Assembly: GCA_964612815.1 (NCBI GenBank)
Contig: CAZTCV010000001.1
Location: 392,885 to 456,884 of the forward strand
From: an uncultured Pelolinea sp.
GTDB taxonomy: Bacteria > Chloroflexota > Anaerolineae > Anaerolineales > Anaerolineaceae
DNA length: 64,000 bases
Reading direction: 5' to 3'
Positions 34,460-44,017 of the stretch are shown here, in pieces (the stretch's first letter is position 1; each line of letters begins with the position of its first letter). Made by a program: the position numbers and the translations under genes. The notes below the pieces were generated by a model. That model was not told where the DNA came from. It saw only the letters and a program-made list of their open reading frames with translations, and did not search any database.

Positions 34460-36009
34460 TAGATAGCCTCGTTGACGATATACTTCTGATCCAAATTCTC
34501 TGGAATGACCCCTGCCATCAACAGCCCAATTTGTTCACGCAGCGCATGTTGCGCATCGATGATAGCCACGATCTTACCGCGGAAGATAACCGCGATGCGG
34601 TCTGACATGGACATAATCTCGTCCAATTCAGTCGACACGAGTAATACGGCTGCGCCATCGTCGCGTTTATTGATGATCTGTTTATGGACATATTCAATCG
34701 AGCCGACATCCAGGCCGCGCGTAGGTTGAGAGGCGACCAATAATTTAAGGTCGCGGGAGAACTCACGTGCGATGATGACCTTTTGCTGGTTGCCGCCGGA
34801 GAGTGACTCGACAGAATTACGCACATCGGGTGTACGCACATCAAAATCGCCTGCCCGCTTTTGGGAGTATTCAAGAATGGCCTGCTCCTGTAGTTCCAAC
34901 CCTTTTGTGAATGGGGGTTTGTAATAGGAGCAAAGGACGAGATTGGTTGAAATGGGTGAAGAGAGGATGAGCCCATCCCGCTGACGATCTTCAGGGATAT
35001 GGCCAACGCCGCGTTCGATGATGCGGCGGCGGGGGAGGTTGGTGGTTTCGATGCCGTCAATGAAGACCTGCCCGAGAAGTGGAGGGCGCAATCCGGTGAC
35101 GGATTCGACCAACTCGGTCTGACCATTACCCTGGACGCCAGCGATACCGAGGATCTCACCACAGTGAACATCGAAGGAAACACCGTCGACTACAAGGTTG
35201 AGTAAATCATCGAGGATTTCAAGGTTTCGTACGCTGAGCATCACGCTATCGGCTTTGGCTGGAGATTTTTGGGCGGTGAGAGAGACACCACGCCCGACCA
35301 TCAATGCTGCCAGCTTGTTCTCGTCGACTTGTGATGGTGTGCGGGTGGCGACAAGTTCACCATTACGCAAGACGGAGATATCATCCGCGATTTCCATGAC
35401 TTCTTTTAGTTTGTGGGTGATGAAAATAATAGTATGCCCTCTGGAGGCAAGCGATTTGAGCACTTTAAAGAGGTTGGTAGTCTCCTGCGGGGTGAGGACA
35501 GCGGTGGGTTCGTCCATGATGAGGATGTCTGCGCTACGGTAGAGTAGCTTAAGAATCTCAACGCGTTGCTGGACTCCCACCGGTAGGTCCTTAATAATGG
35601 CATCTGGATCGACTTCAAGCCCGAACTGATCAGAAATATTCAATATTTTCTCTCGTGCGGCAGCGCGGTCGGTAATGAAACCGAATCTGGTAGGTTCAAG
35701 ACCGGTGATAACATTCTCGAGTACTGATAGTTCACCAGCCAGCATAAAGTGCTGGTGGACCATACCGATACCGTGTTGAATGGCGATACGCGGATTGGTG
35801 ATCTCGATTGGTTTTCCATCAAGATGGATCTCGCCGCTATCCGGACGAACGAGGCCGTAGAGGATGTTCATAAGGGTGGATTTTCCCGCGCCGTTTTCGC
35901 CAAGGATTGCGTGGATATTTCCTTTTTCAAATGTAAGAGAGAGATTTTGATTGGCCTGGACCGGGCCAAAGGATTTGGAAATATTGAATACTGCTAATTT
36001 TGCTGGCAT
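34459..36009 (-). CDS. ABC transporter ATP-binding protein with duplicated ATPase domains
   Basis: Walker A GENGAGKST, signature LSGGNQQK, and a second degenerate NBD (GVQGNGQTEL). 516 aa is typical of RnsB/NupO/MglA-type ATPases. Confidence 0.9.
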   Translation of the reverse strand: MPAKLAVFNISKSFGPVQANQNLSLTFEKGNIHAILGENGAGKSTLMNILYGLVRPDSGEIHLDGKPIEITNPRIAIQHGIGMVHQHFMLAGELSVLENVITGLEPTRFGFITDRAAAREKILNISDQFGLEVDPDAIIKDLPVGVQQRVEILKLLYRSADILIMDEPTAVLTPQETTNLFKVLKSLASRGHTIIFITHKLKEVMEIADDISVLRNGELVATRTPSQVDENKLAALMVGRGVSLTAQKSPAKADSVMLSVRNLEILDDLLNLVVDGVSFDVHCGEILGIAGVQGNGQTELVESVTGLRPPLLGQVFIDGIETTNLPRRRIIERGVGHIPEDRQRDGLILSSPISTNLVLCSYYKPPFTKGLELQEQAILEYSQKRAGDFDVRTPDVRNSVESLSGGNQQKVIIAREFSRDLKLLVASQPTRGLDVGSIEYVHKQIINKRDDGAAVLLVSTELDEIMSMSDRIAVIFRGKIVAIIDAQHALREQIGLLMAGVIPENLDQKYIVNEAI

Positions 36010-36032
36010 ACTGATCCTTATTTTATAAGAAA

Positions 36033-36071
36033 AGCCCTCGCCGAGTTACCATTGCGGCACTGGAGAGGGCT
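36033..36071 (-). other. intercistronic stem-loop between the binding-protein and ATPase genes
   Basis: AGCCCTC…GAGGGCT with inner GCCG/CGGC pairing. A common arrangement for differential expression of SBP versus membrane components. Confidence 0.4.
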
Positions 36072-36102
36072 CTTATTAAACTGGAATGCGACGAATGCCT
36101 TC

Positions 36103-37215
36103 CTACTGGGAGGAAAGGGCGAACCAGTTATTGACAACAATTTCGCCGTCAACAATCATCCGTTGCACTTCTGCAAGTTCTGCTTTGAGGTCTGCGGGGA
36201 CTGCACCATCATAATCGTGGAAAGGCGCTAAACCGAGGCCACCACTGGCGAGATCGGCTACGTAGATCCCCGATTTAAAAGTGCCATTGGCTACGGAATT
36301 AGCTGCGTCGATAATAGCCAAGCCGAGGTTTTTCATGATGGTGGTGAGGTAAACTTCACCGCTGGCCTCGTCCGCCAGGAACTGATCAGCATCCGCACCA
36401 ATAGCCATGACACCACCGCGCTGTTTCATGGCAGCGGCTGCGGCGAGGGCTTCCACGCCGGATTGCGGGAGGATGATATCCGCACCTTCATCCATCATGG
36501 ATTCGGTGAAGCGGCGGGCGCCTTCGGTATCGATAAAGGAACCGACAAAATTACCATCGAGCGTTTCATTGCTCCAACCGAGCATCTTGACATCGGTGCC
36601 TTTCTGGGCGTTAAAGTAATCTACACCCTCGAGGAAACCAACAAAGAAATCTGCAACTGGCGGGATGTTCATACCACCAAAACCACCAACGATACCGGTT
36701 TTTGTCATACCAGCCGCGAGATAACCAGCAAGGAAGGACCCCTCTTCCATTTTGTAGAGCTGGGCCCAAACATTCTCAGGGAGGGGATCAACAACTGAGT
36801 CGATCAGCTGGAAGTACTGGTCAGGATTTGATTCCGCGGCAACTTTGAGGGCATCACCACCAACGAAACCAACAGCAACGATAAGCGAGCAATCGGAATC
36901 GAGGAATTCATTGATATTCTTTTCCCAATCGGTTTGCTGGTTAGCTACGAGGTAGACTGCATCCCAACCGAGATCCGCAGCAGCCTGCTGACCGCCATCC
37001 CAGGCGGACTGGTTATAGCCTTTGTCATCAACGCCACCGCTATCGAGACCGATGCAGATTTTCCCGGTCGGTTCTGCTACCGGTTCTTCAGCCGCTGTTT
37101 CATCAGCGGGGGCTGCTACTTCTTCGGCAGGTGCTGCTTCCGGGGCGCTGCATGCGGTCAGCAAAAGCGCGAACACCAGAAGGAAGGCAAATGCGAATTT
37201 TGTGTATCTTTTCAT
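36103..37215 (-). CDS. BMP-family (Med/PnrA-like) ABC substrate-binding lipoprotein, probably nucleoside-binding
   Basis: Lipobox LLLTAC after ATG 37213-37215 behind GGAG. BMP-type periplasmic binding fold (GLDSGGVDDKGYNQSAWDG…). Confidence 0.85.
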   Translation of the reverse strand: MKRYTKFAFAFLLVFALLLTACSAPEAAPAEEVAAPADETAAEEPVAEPTGKICIGLDSGGVDDKGYNQSAWDGGQQAAADLGWDAVYLVANQQTDWEKNINEFLDSDCSLIVAVGFVGGDALKVAAESNPDQYFQLIDSVVDPLPENVWAQLYKMEEGSFLAGYLAAGMTKTGIVGGFGGMNIPPVADFFVGFLEGVDYFNAQKGTDVKMLGWSNETLDGNFVGSFIDTEGARRFTESMMDEGADIILPQSGVEALAAAAAMKQRGGVMAIGADADQFLADEASGEVYLTTIMKNLGLAIIDAANSVANGTFKSGIYVADLASGGLGLAPFHDYDGAVPADLKAELAEVQRMIVDGEIVVNNWFALSSQ

Positions 37216-37230
37216 CTCAATTTCTCCTAT

Positions 37231-37260
37231 TTGATATTTTTGTTTGATCGTTAATGTCAA
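37231..37260 (-). promoter_or_regulatory. candidate sigma-70-type promoter of the BMP ABC operon
   Basis: On the minus strand: TTGACA, 18 nt spacer, TATCAA, just upstream of the RBS. Confidence 0.35.
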
Positions 37261-37410
37261 AAACAATTTTTCCTATATGCACCTCCTCGACCAGGATTAA
37301 TGAGTCCATCACTAAAGAAGAATAATAGAGATAATCCATTGATTCGGCAACCGTTTAACGCTGGAAAAACCAGTAAAAAACCCAACATAATGTGAGGTTT
37401 TGATGATGGA

Positions 37411-38079
37411 TTAGTCCGGTTGATCCAAATCTGCCAGGCCGGTGCGCAAAGCATACAACGCAACCTGTGTTCGGTTTTGCAATCCTAACTTGGAATATAT
37501 GTTGGAAAGATGGAAGCGGACGGTGCTTTCATTGATGCCCTGACTTGCGGCGATATCTGGGTTTGATAAGCCCCGCGCGACGAGGGCAACAACCTGGCGT
37601 TCCCTTTTCGTGAGTATATCCAATTCGGAAGCACGATTTTCTGGGTGAATTAGTGATGCAAGAAGATCTGTCATCAGGTTGGGATAAATCCACATTTCAC
37701 CGCGCATGACGGCGTTTATCGCCTGGATCAATTCTTCGGGAGAGGTTTCTTTGAGAATATAACCGTTTGCGCCGGAACGCATGGTTTTCATGACCATAGA
37801 TTCCTCGGAATAGCTGGTGAGAACAAGGATCTTGATATCCGGAAATTGGCTTCTGATGATACGGATGGCTTCAGCTCCATCCATCAAAGGCATCAGCATA
37901 TCGAGAATGATGAGGTCGGGTTGTTGATTGGCAACCAACTCGAGCAACTCTTTTCCATTCCTGGCCTCACCGATGAGGCGATATTCAGGTTTGGGCTCAA
38001 GCATGATACGCAATCCCTGGCGCACTACGGTATGGTCATCCGCGATAATGATTCGGATCGTTCCTGTCATGGTTTGCAC
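37411..38079 (-). CDS. response regulator, NarL/LuxR family
   Basis: REC domain (IIADDH…DLIILDMLMP) plus a C-terminal LuxR HTH (LTKRERQVVALVARGLSNPDIA). Confidence 0.9.
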   Translation of the reverse strand: MQTMTGTIRIIIADDHTVVRQGLRIMLEPKPEYRLIGEARNGKELLELVANQQPDLIILDMLMPLMDGAEAIRIIRSQFPDIKILVLTSYSEESMVMKTMRSGANGYILKETSPEELIQAINAVMRGEMWIYPNLMTDLLASLIHPENRASELDILTKRERQVVALVARGLSNPDIAASQGINESTVRFHLSNIYSKLGLQNRTQVALYALRTGLADLDQPD

Positions 38080-39911
38080 CTATCAGGATTGATTGGAAGC
38101 GGGATAGCTACATGAACGTTGGTTCCGTGGTCAGGGGATGAGCGAATAGAAAGAAAGCCGCCAATTTTCTGCGCGCGTTCGCTCATACTTGCCAATCCAA
38201 ATCCTGCCAAAGCAGGGTCGGCAGGATGATCAAACCCGGTACCATCGTCGGCCACTTCCATGATGATTTTATCCTCCTGATTTTTGACTGTCAAAGATAC
38301 AGTGCCAGCATGGGAGTGTTTGAGGACATTATTAAGCGCTTCGCGCGCGATGCCAAACAGTTCTGTTTCAAGATCTGCTGGCAGCCGAAAATCCAGCGTG
38401 TATTGGATCGATGTTTTTATCCCCGCTCTTTTTTCAACCGTATTGAGGCGATGGCGCAAAGCGCCTTCGAGCCCCGCATTGGAAAGGATGGATGGGCGCA
38501 GTTCGTAGATCAACAAGCGCATCTCTTTTAACGATTGCCGGATGGTGCTTTTGATACTAGCGAAAATCTCACGTGTTTTTTCGATATCCCCCTGGCGGGC
38601 ATAGTCCTGACCACCATCCGCGGTGAGTAAAACGCTATAAAGCGATTGTGAGAGTGAGTCATGTAACTCGCGGGCGAGGCGCTGGCGTTCACGGTCCACC
38701 TCCGCCACTCGGGCGATCTCTCGCAGGCGTTCGCGTTCAATCATCTCAGAAAGCTGGTTAGTCGCCGCGGCGGCAATTTCCAGTTCAAGATCAGGTATCG
38801 GTTGTTCTTTTTCCCAGAGGATCAGTATTGCACCAAAATCAGCTCCCCTGGCTTTGAGCGGAAAAGCCAGCGCAACCGTAGAGTTGCATTGTGCGATCAG
38901 GCGCGGCAGCGTACCTTTCTCGCTGCTATGAATCACGGTTGCAGACCGCGTCATTTCCAATTCAAGCGAATAGGGAAACTGATCAAGAAGGATACCAGTC
39001 GATGGATCTGACACAAAAGATACAGTAAGGCGATCATCATCCTGACCACCACCATAGCGCAGGATAACACCTGCATCGGCGAATAGACCTGTGACGATCT
39101 CGCGCAATCCATTCTCGAGTTTGGTGGTGAGCGGGGAGAATTCGTTGGAGATGGCTGTGATGGCATAAAGCACCTGCAACTGACGCTGGGCCTGTTTCTG
39201 ATCAGTTACATCCTGGTGCGACCCAATGAAGTGCAAGGGATTTCCGTTCTCATCGGAATCCTTAACCAATCCACGCGCGCGAATCCATTTCCAGCGATCA
39301 GTTTTGGTTCTTATACGGTAATCAACCGCATAAAAGGGGACTTCACCAGCGATATGTTTATTCCATACATCCCAGAGATTTTGAATATCCACCGGATGCA
39401 CGAGGTTGATCCAGCTGCCAGTTTCAAACTCCTCGAAAGTGTAATCGAGCATGGTGGCATAGTAACTATTGATGGAGGTGGTATTGGTCTTGAACTGGTG
39501 ATCCCAGAGACCCAGCTGTGTGGCTTCAATGGCCAGGTTCAGACGGTTAATGATATCAAACTGGCGGGTGACATCCTGCAGAATAGCGAGGATGTAGGTT
39601 TTACTGGAAATCCTGATCGGGCTGGTGCGAAGCTCAATGATCTTCTGGGTTTGGTCAATATCGAGGGCGTGGATGAGATTAGCGTTTTCGTTGAGGCCCT
39701 CGATATCGATGACGGCACCAATCAGATTAACCTCCTGCTGGCCCAAGATCTTTCCTGCCTGGGCATTGGCAAAGACGACGGTGAAATCCGGCTGGAGAAT
39801 GAGAATGCCATCTGGAAAGCGCTCCTTTTCGACGGTCATAGCTGCCGGCCCTTCAAAGGGCAGGATCTTTTCTGAAAGCAGCTTGATGAAAGGGATCTCA
39901 GGTGTTGGCAT
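38067..39911 (-). CDS. sensor histidine kinase (PAS-PAS-GAF-HisKA_3-HATPase), cytoplasmic
   Basis: HisKA_3 H-box RLARELHDSLSQ, an HATPase_c C-terminus and PAS/GAF-like N-terminal regions. Overlaps the cognate RR by 13 nt. Confidence 0.85.
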   Translation of the reverse strand: MPTPEIPFIKLLSEKILPFEGPAAMTVEKERFPDGILILQPDFTVVFANAQAGKILGQQEVNLIGAVIDIEGLNENANLIHALDIDQTQKIIELRTSPIRISSKTYILAILQDVTRQFDIINRLNLAIEATQLGLWDHQFKTNTTSINSYYATMLDYTFEEFETGSWINLVHPVDIQNLWDVWNKHIAGEVPFYAVDYRIRTKTDRWKWIRARGLVKDSDENGNPLHFIGSHQDVTDQKQAQRQLQVLYAITAISNEFSPLTTKLENGLREIVTGLFADAGVILRYGGGQDDDRLTVSFVSDPSTGILLDQFPYSLELEMTRSATVIHSSEKGTLPRLIAQCNSTVALAFPLKARGADFGAILILWEKEQPIPDLELEIAAAATNQLSEMIERERLREIARVAEVDRERQRLARELHDSLSQSLYSVLLTADGGQDYARQGDIEKTREIFASIKSTIRQSLKEMRLLIYELRPSILSNAGLEGALRHRLNTVEKRAGIKTSIQYTLDFRLPADLETELFGIAREALNNVLKHSHAGTVSLTVKNQEDKIIMEVADDGTGFDHPADPALAGFGLASMSERAQKIGGFLSIRSSPDHGTNVHVAIPLPINPDRCKP

Positions 39912-40109
39912 AATTATCTTTGAGTAGAATACTTTTCCCTCGAAATCGGAGGTTCATTTTGATTGTAAAAGATGTAAAGAGTCTTACTAGATTTTATATC
40001 ATGATAACAGTTCATTTAATCGATTTATGTTTTGATTATGTGAAATATTTAAAGAGATTGAACTGTTAACGAAAACATGCGGTGCTGAGAACTACGTATT
40101 ACTAAACAG

Positions 40110-40136
40110 AAAAGCGCTGGCATTGCCAGCGCTTTT
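40110..40136. terminator. bidirectional intrinsic terminator downstream of the fasciclin gene
   Basis: AAAAGCGCTGGCA-tt-GCCAGCGCTTTT. Confidence 0.75.
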
Positions 40137-40165
40137 GCTATCTGTGAATATTGATTATATGTTTA

Positions 40166-41509
40166 TTATGCTGGCGGCAGGATCACGGTGTCAATGACAT
40201 GGATCACGCCATTGGAAGCCCGGATATCTGTCGCGGTGATGAGCGCGCCGTTGATGGCGGGGACGCCATTGCTGTGGATAGCGAAGGAGACGGTGGAACC
40301 CTGGAGGGTTGCCGCTTCGAGACCATCGCTCACGTCGGCTGCCATCACTTTGCCATCGATGACATGGTAGAGCAGAATATTTGCCAGCGCTTCGGGGTCA
40401 GCCAGTAACGCTTCCACGGTGCCCGCGGGCAGTTTTGCGAACGCTGCATCGGTGGGGGCGAAGACCGTGAATGGTCCCTCGCCACGCAATGCTTCTTCCA
40501 GCCCTGCTGCCTGGACAGCGGCAACCAGTGTCTCGAAGCTGCCGGCCGCGATCGCGGTATCGACGATGTCAGCGGGGGGCAGGATCACCGTGTCGATGAC
40601 GTGGATGACACCATTGAACGCTTCGATGTCGGTGGCGGTGATGAGCGCGTCGTTGATGGCGGGCGCACCGTCACTGTGAATGGCGAAGGAAACTGTGGAA
40701 CCCTGAGCGGTTTCCGCTTCCAATCCATCGGATACATCCGCTGCCATGACCTTACCGGGAACGACATGGTAGAGGAGAATGTCAGCTAATGCTTCCGGAT
40801 CTGCCAAGAGCGCTTCCACGGTGCCTTCCGGCAACTTGGCAAATGCTTCGTCGGTGGGGGCGAAGACCGTGAAGGGGCCCTTGCCGCGCAGTGTTTCTTC
40901 CAGGCCGGCGGCCTGTACGGCTGCGACGAGGGTATTGAACGAACCTGCGCCAACTGCTACGTCAACGATATCTGCCGGAGGCAGAATGACAGAATCAATG
41001 ACATGGATCACGCCATTGGACGTCTCGATATCGGTTGCGACGATCTCTGCATCGTTGATCATGACCTTGCCATCAGACACGGAGAAGGACACTTCCGCGC
41101 CGCGCAGGGTCTCGGCGACCAAACCGTCAGACACGTCGGCAGCCATAACCTTGCCTGGTACCACATGGTAGAGCAGGATGCGGGCTAACTGACCGGTTGG
41201 ATCTTCGAGCAGTGATTCAACGGTTCCTTCGGGAAGTTTCGCGAACGCTTCGTCAGAAGGCGCGAATACCGTGAAGGGGCCTTCGCCTTTGAGGGCTTCG
41301 GCTAATTCTGCTGCCGTGACAGCGGCGACGAGGGTTTCAAAAGAACCCGCCGCGATGGCTGTATCCACGATATCGGGCAGCACTTCCTCCATAACCTCTT
41401 CTTCCATTTCAGGCATGGGGGTTGGTACAACTTCCTGCTCTGCGGCGGGGGCCGCGCAGGCTGTGATGAGTAGAGCTAAAACTACTGATGCGACTATAAC
41501 CTTTTTCAT
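40166..41509 (-). CDS. lipoprotein with three tandem fasciclin (FAS1) domains
   Basis: Lipobox LLITAC. Three ~134 aa units carry [38 protein letters not shown] and [14 protein letters not shown]. Confidence 0.9.
   Translation of the reverse strand: MKKVIVASVVLALLITACAAPAAEQEVVPTPMPEMEEEVMEEVLPDIVDTAIAAGSFETLVAAVTAAELAEALKGEGPFTVFAPSDEAFAKLPEGTVESLLEDPTGQLARILLYHVVPGKVMAADVSDGLVAETLRGAEVSFSVSDGKVMINDAEIVATDIETSNGVIHVIDSVILPPADIVDVAVGAGSFNTLVAAVQAAGLEETLRGKGPFTVFAPTDEAFAKLPEGTVEALLADPEALADILLYHVVPGKVMAADVSDGLEAETAQGSTVSFAIHSDGAPAINDALITATDIEAFNGVIHVIDTVILPPADIVDTAIAAGSFETLVAAVQAAGLEEALRGEGPFTVFAPTDAAFAKLPAGTVEALLADPEALANILLYHVIDGKVMAADVSDGLEAATLQGSTVSFAIHSNGVPAINGALITATDIRASNGVIHVIDTVILPPA
40169..41374 (-). 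repeat. three tandem ~403 bp intragenic repeats encoding the FAS1 domains
   Basis: Near-identical DNA blocks recur at 40176, 40578 and 40981 (ggcaggatcac(g/c)gtgtc(a/g)atgac(a/g)tggat…). Confidence 0.85.
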
Positions 41510-41636
41510 GATTTACTCCTTTTTTTATTATTAATTTGGTTATGCACATATGATAGAAGAGCAATCACCATGAAAAAGACGGGATACGATAGAAACAGGT
41601 TGGGAATGGATTGAAACGGTTGGAAATTGGTTGGGG

Positions 41637-42362
41637 TCAGCTGGTTTCGGCAGGCGGGATGAAGCGGTAGCCGCCTTCACGGATGTTTTGGACGAGAGTT
41701 GGATCGGAGGGATCTTCTTCGATCTTCTGGCGCAACTGGTGGATGTACCATTTAATGTAGTTGCGCGCTTCGTGGCTGCTTTCGGGCGAAAAGCCGCCCA
41801 CCTCTCTGGCAAGTTCTTTGGGCGGGACAACGCGGTGGGTGTTTTGCATCAGGTAAACAAGGAGGCCAAACTCGCGACTGGTTAGATCCACTTCCTGATC
41901 ATTCTTTTTAACAATCAGTTTATCCTTATGCACGTAGACCGGGCCGACACGCAACTCAATCTGCTCGGCTTGCTCCTGTTTGAGGGAGAAATACTGTTTG
42001 CGCTTTTCGATCGCTTCCTGGGCAGCATCACGGATCTGATCCGGCCCGACTGGCTTGAGCAGATAAATATCGACACCCTCGCGGATGGCCTGCATGGCGG
42101 ATTCGAGCGAGCCATGCCCGGTAAGAATGATGACGGCCGTATCCGGCCAACGCCAGCGGATGGCTTCGAGGACGCGCAAGCCATCGACCTTGCCGCCCAG
42201 ATTGAGATCCAGAAAAACTAGATCGTAATGTTTATCGCGGATCAGATCGAGCGCCTGTTTGCCATCTGCTGCCAGCTCGATTTCATACCCGACCAATTCG
42301 AGGGCGCGCCCAATGAAAGTGCGGATATTTTGTTCATCATCGACAATGAGTGTTTGATACAT
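41637..42362 (-). CDS. response regulator, OmpR/PhoB family
   Basis: REC domain (DLVFLDLNLGG) plus a winged-helix output domain (LTSREFGLLVYLMQN…GGYRF). Confidence 0.9.
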   Translation of the reverse strand: MYQTLIVDDEQNIRTFIGRALELVGYEIELAADGKQALDLIRDKHYDLVFLDLNLGGKVDGLRVLEAIRWRWPDTAVIILTGHGSLESAMQAIREGVDIYLLKPVGPDQIRDAAQEAIEKRKQYFSLKQEQAEQIELRVGPVYVHKDKLIVKKNDQEVDLTSREFGLLVYLMQNTHRVVPPKELAREVGGFSPESSHEARNYIKWYIHQLRQKIEEDPSDPTLVQNIREGGYRFIPPAETS

Positions 42363-42401
42363 GATTGACCTATATTGATTGTATAGTAATCGATGAAAAA
42401 A

Positions 42402-44012
42402 TCAAGCGATGGGTAACGCGACTGTGAAGACCGCACCACCGTTTTGCCTGTTTTCGGCGCTGATCTGCCCGTGATGGGCATCGATGATGGCCTTGCTGAG
42501 ATGCAGGCCAAGACCAAGCCCTTCCTTTTTGGTGGTGAAGAATGGCTGAAAAAGGTTATTGATCTGTTCCGGCTTGATGCCAGGGCCATCGTCAGCGACA
42601 ATGATGTTGACCATTTTTTTGTCCTGTGATTGCGTTACGGAAAGATCGACCTGGCCATGCTCGCAAATCGCCTCGATGCTGTTGATGACCAGATTGAGGA
42701 TGACCTGGTGAATTTGTTCGGTATCCATGAGGACGAGCGGCAGTTTGTCCGCCGGGTGATAGACCAGGCCGATATGTTTCTCATCTGCTTTTTTGCGGGT
42801 GAGATTGATGACGCGATGAATAACATGATCCAAATCAGCGGGCTTTTTTTCTTTTAACTGGGGCTTTCGGCTGGCAGCCCGTAATTCGGCAACGATATTC
42901 TTGATGCGGTCTAATTCCTGGGCGGCAATATCGAGGTATTCGTTGAGCGGGCTGCCTGGATCGAGCGATTCAGATGCCAACCCGAGATAACCGATGATCG
43001 ATTGGAGCGGATTATTGATCTCATGAGCGAGAGAGGCAGCCACTTTCCCTACCGCAGAGAGTTTTTCTGACTGCAGAAGCGCTTGCTCGTTCAATTTGCG
43101 ATCGGTTATATCTTCAATGATATAGATAATGTTGGGCTGGTCCGCATCAGGCAATTGCAGTAGATAGATATTGATATTGACCCAGCTGTTTTGATTACCG
43201 GATTGGCTGATCGTCTTTTCCATTTCTTTTGTGGTGAATTTTTTCTGCAAAAAATCCGCCATGATTTTTGAAAAAGAAGCGAGATCTTCCTTAAAGAACA
43301 ATTCCGGCATTGAGAACTGGCAGATCTTTTCTTTGCTCAACCCGATGATATTCATAAGAGCATTGTTGCAGGTGATGATGCTGCCGCCGGTATCCGTGAT
43401 CGCGATACCAAGGGACGAATTTTCAAAAATACCTCTGAATTTTGCCTCGCTGGCGCTCAGTTCTCTCGTTTTTTCCCGCACCATATCTTCCAGGTTGGCA
43501 GCATAATCATTGATGATTTGATTGGATTTCTCCAGCTCGACCTGTTTTTTGGTCAATTCGCGCTGGAGGGTGGCCATCTCGGCGTAAAGCACACCGATAT
43601 CATCAAACAATTCCTGATCGGGGTGTGAAACTGGCGCTGATTCTGGAAGGGCCTGTTCTTCTGCTGTGCGGGAAATGCTTGTTGTTTGATCAGGGGCACC
43701 ACAAAATTTCTCCGTGAGCAGTTGGAGGTCCTCTTGATTTTGAGCAGCGACGATACACAGGGCGTCACCCAGGAGAACGCCATTCAGAATGAAATAATGC
43801 GCCTCGTCATTCAGCTCGAAGAAAATTTCCCAATTCTTTGCCTGCCCCTCCTGCCAGCCTGACTGGATGAAACGCGTGAATTTTTCACGGCTGCCTTTCT
43901 CCAGCAGGCCAAATAGATCGATGCCTGGTTGAAGCATTTCGGCCCATTCGCGTGAGGCGTGGGAGATGGAAAGCAGGTGGGCGCTTGCATCTGAATTGAT
44001 AACGAAGTCCAT
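42402..44012 (-). CDS. soluble sensor histidine kinase (unknown N-terminal domain, coiled coil, PAS, HisKA, HATPase)
   Basis: H-box AASLAHEINNPLQ, N/G boxes (NLVINSIEA, DDGPGI, GLGLGL) and no TM segments. Confidence 0.85.
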   Translation of the reverse strand: MDFVINSDASAHLLSISHASREWAEMLQPGIDLFGLLEKGSREKFTRFIQSGWQEGQAKNWEIFFELNDEAHYFILNGVLLGDALCIVAAQNQEDLQLLTEKFCGAPDQTTSISRTAEEQALPESAPVSHPDQELFDDIGVLYAEMATLQRELTKKQVELEKSNQIINDYAANLEDMVREKTRELSASEAKFRGIFENSSLGIAITDTGGSIITCNNALMNIIGLSKEKICQFSMPELFFKEDLASFSKIMADFLQKKFTTKEMEKTISQSGNQNSWVNINIYLLQLPDADQPNIIYIIEDITDRKLNEQALLQSEKLSAVGKVAASLAHEINNPLQSIIGYLGLASESLDPGSPLNEYLDIAAQELDRIKNIVAELRAASRKPQLKEKKPADLDHVIHRVINLTRKKADEKHIGLVYHPADKLPLVLMDTEQIHQVILNLVINSIEAICEHGQVDLSVTQSQDKKMVNIIVADDGPGIKPEQINNLFQPFFTTKKEGLGLGLHLSKAIIDAHHGQISAENRQNGGAVFTVALPIA

Positions 44013-44017
44013 TACGG

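Noticed and set aside
37216-37410. Looked for a purine/guanine or other nucleoside-responsive riboswitch in front of the BMP ABC operon.
   Set aside because: No junction sequences resembling the purine riboswitch core were seen. The region appears to contain only a promoter-like TTGACA-N18-TATCAA close to the RBS.
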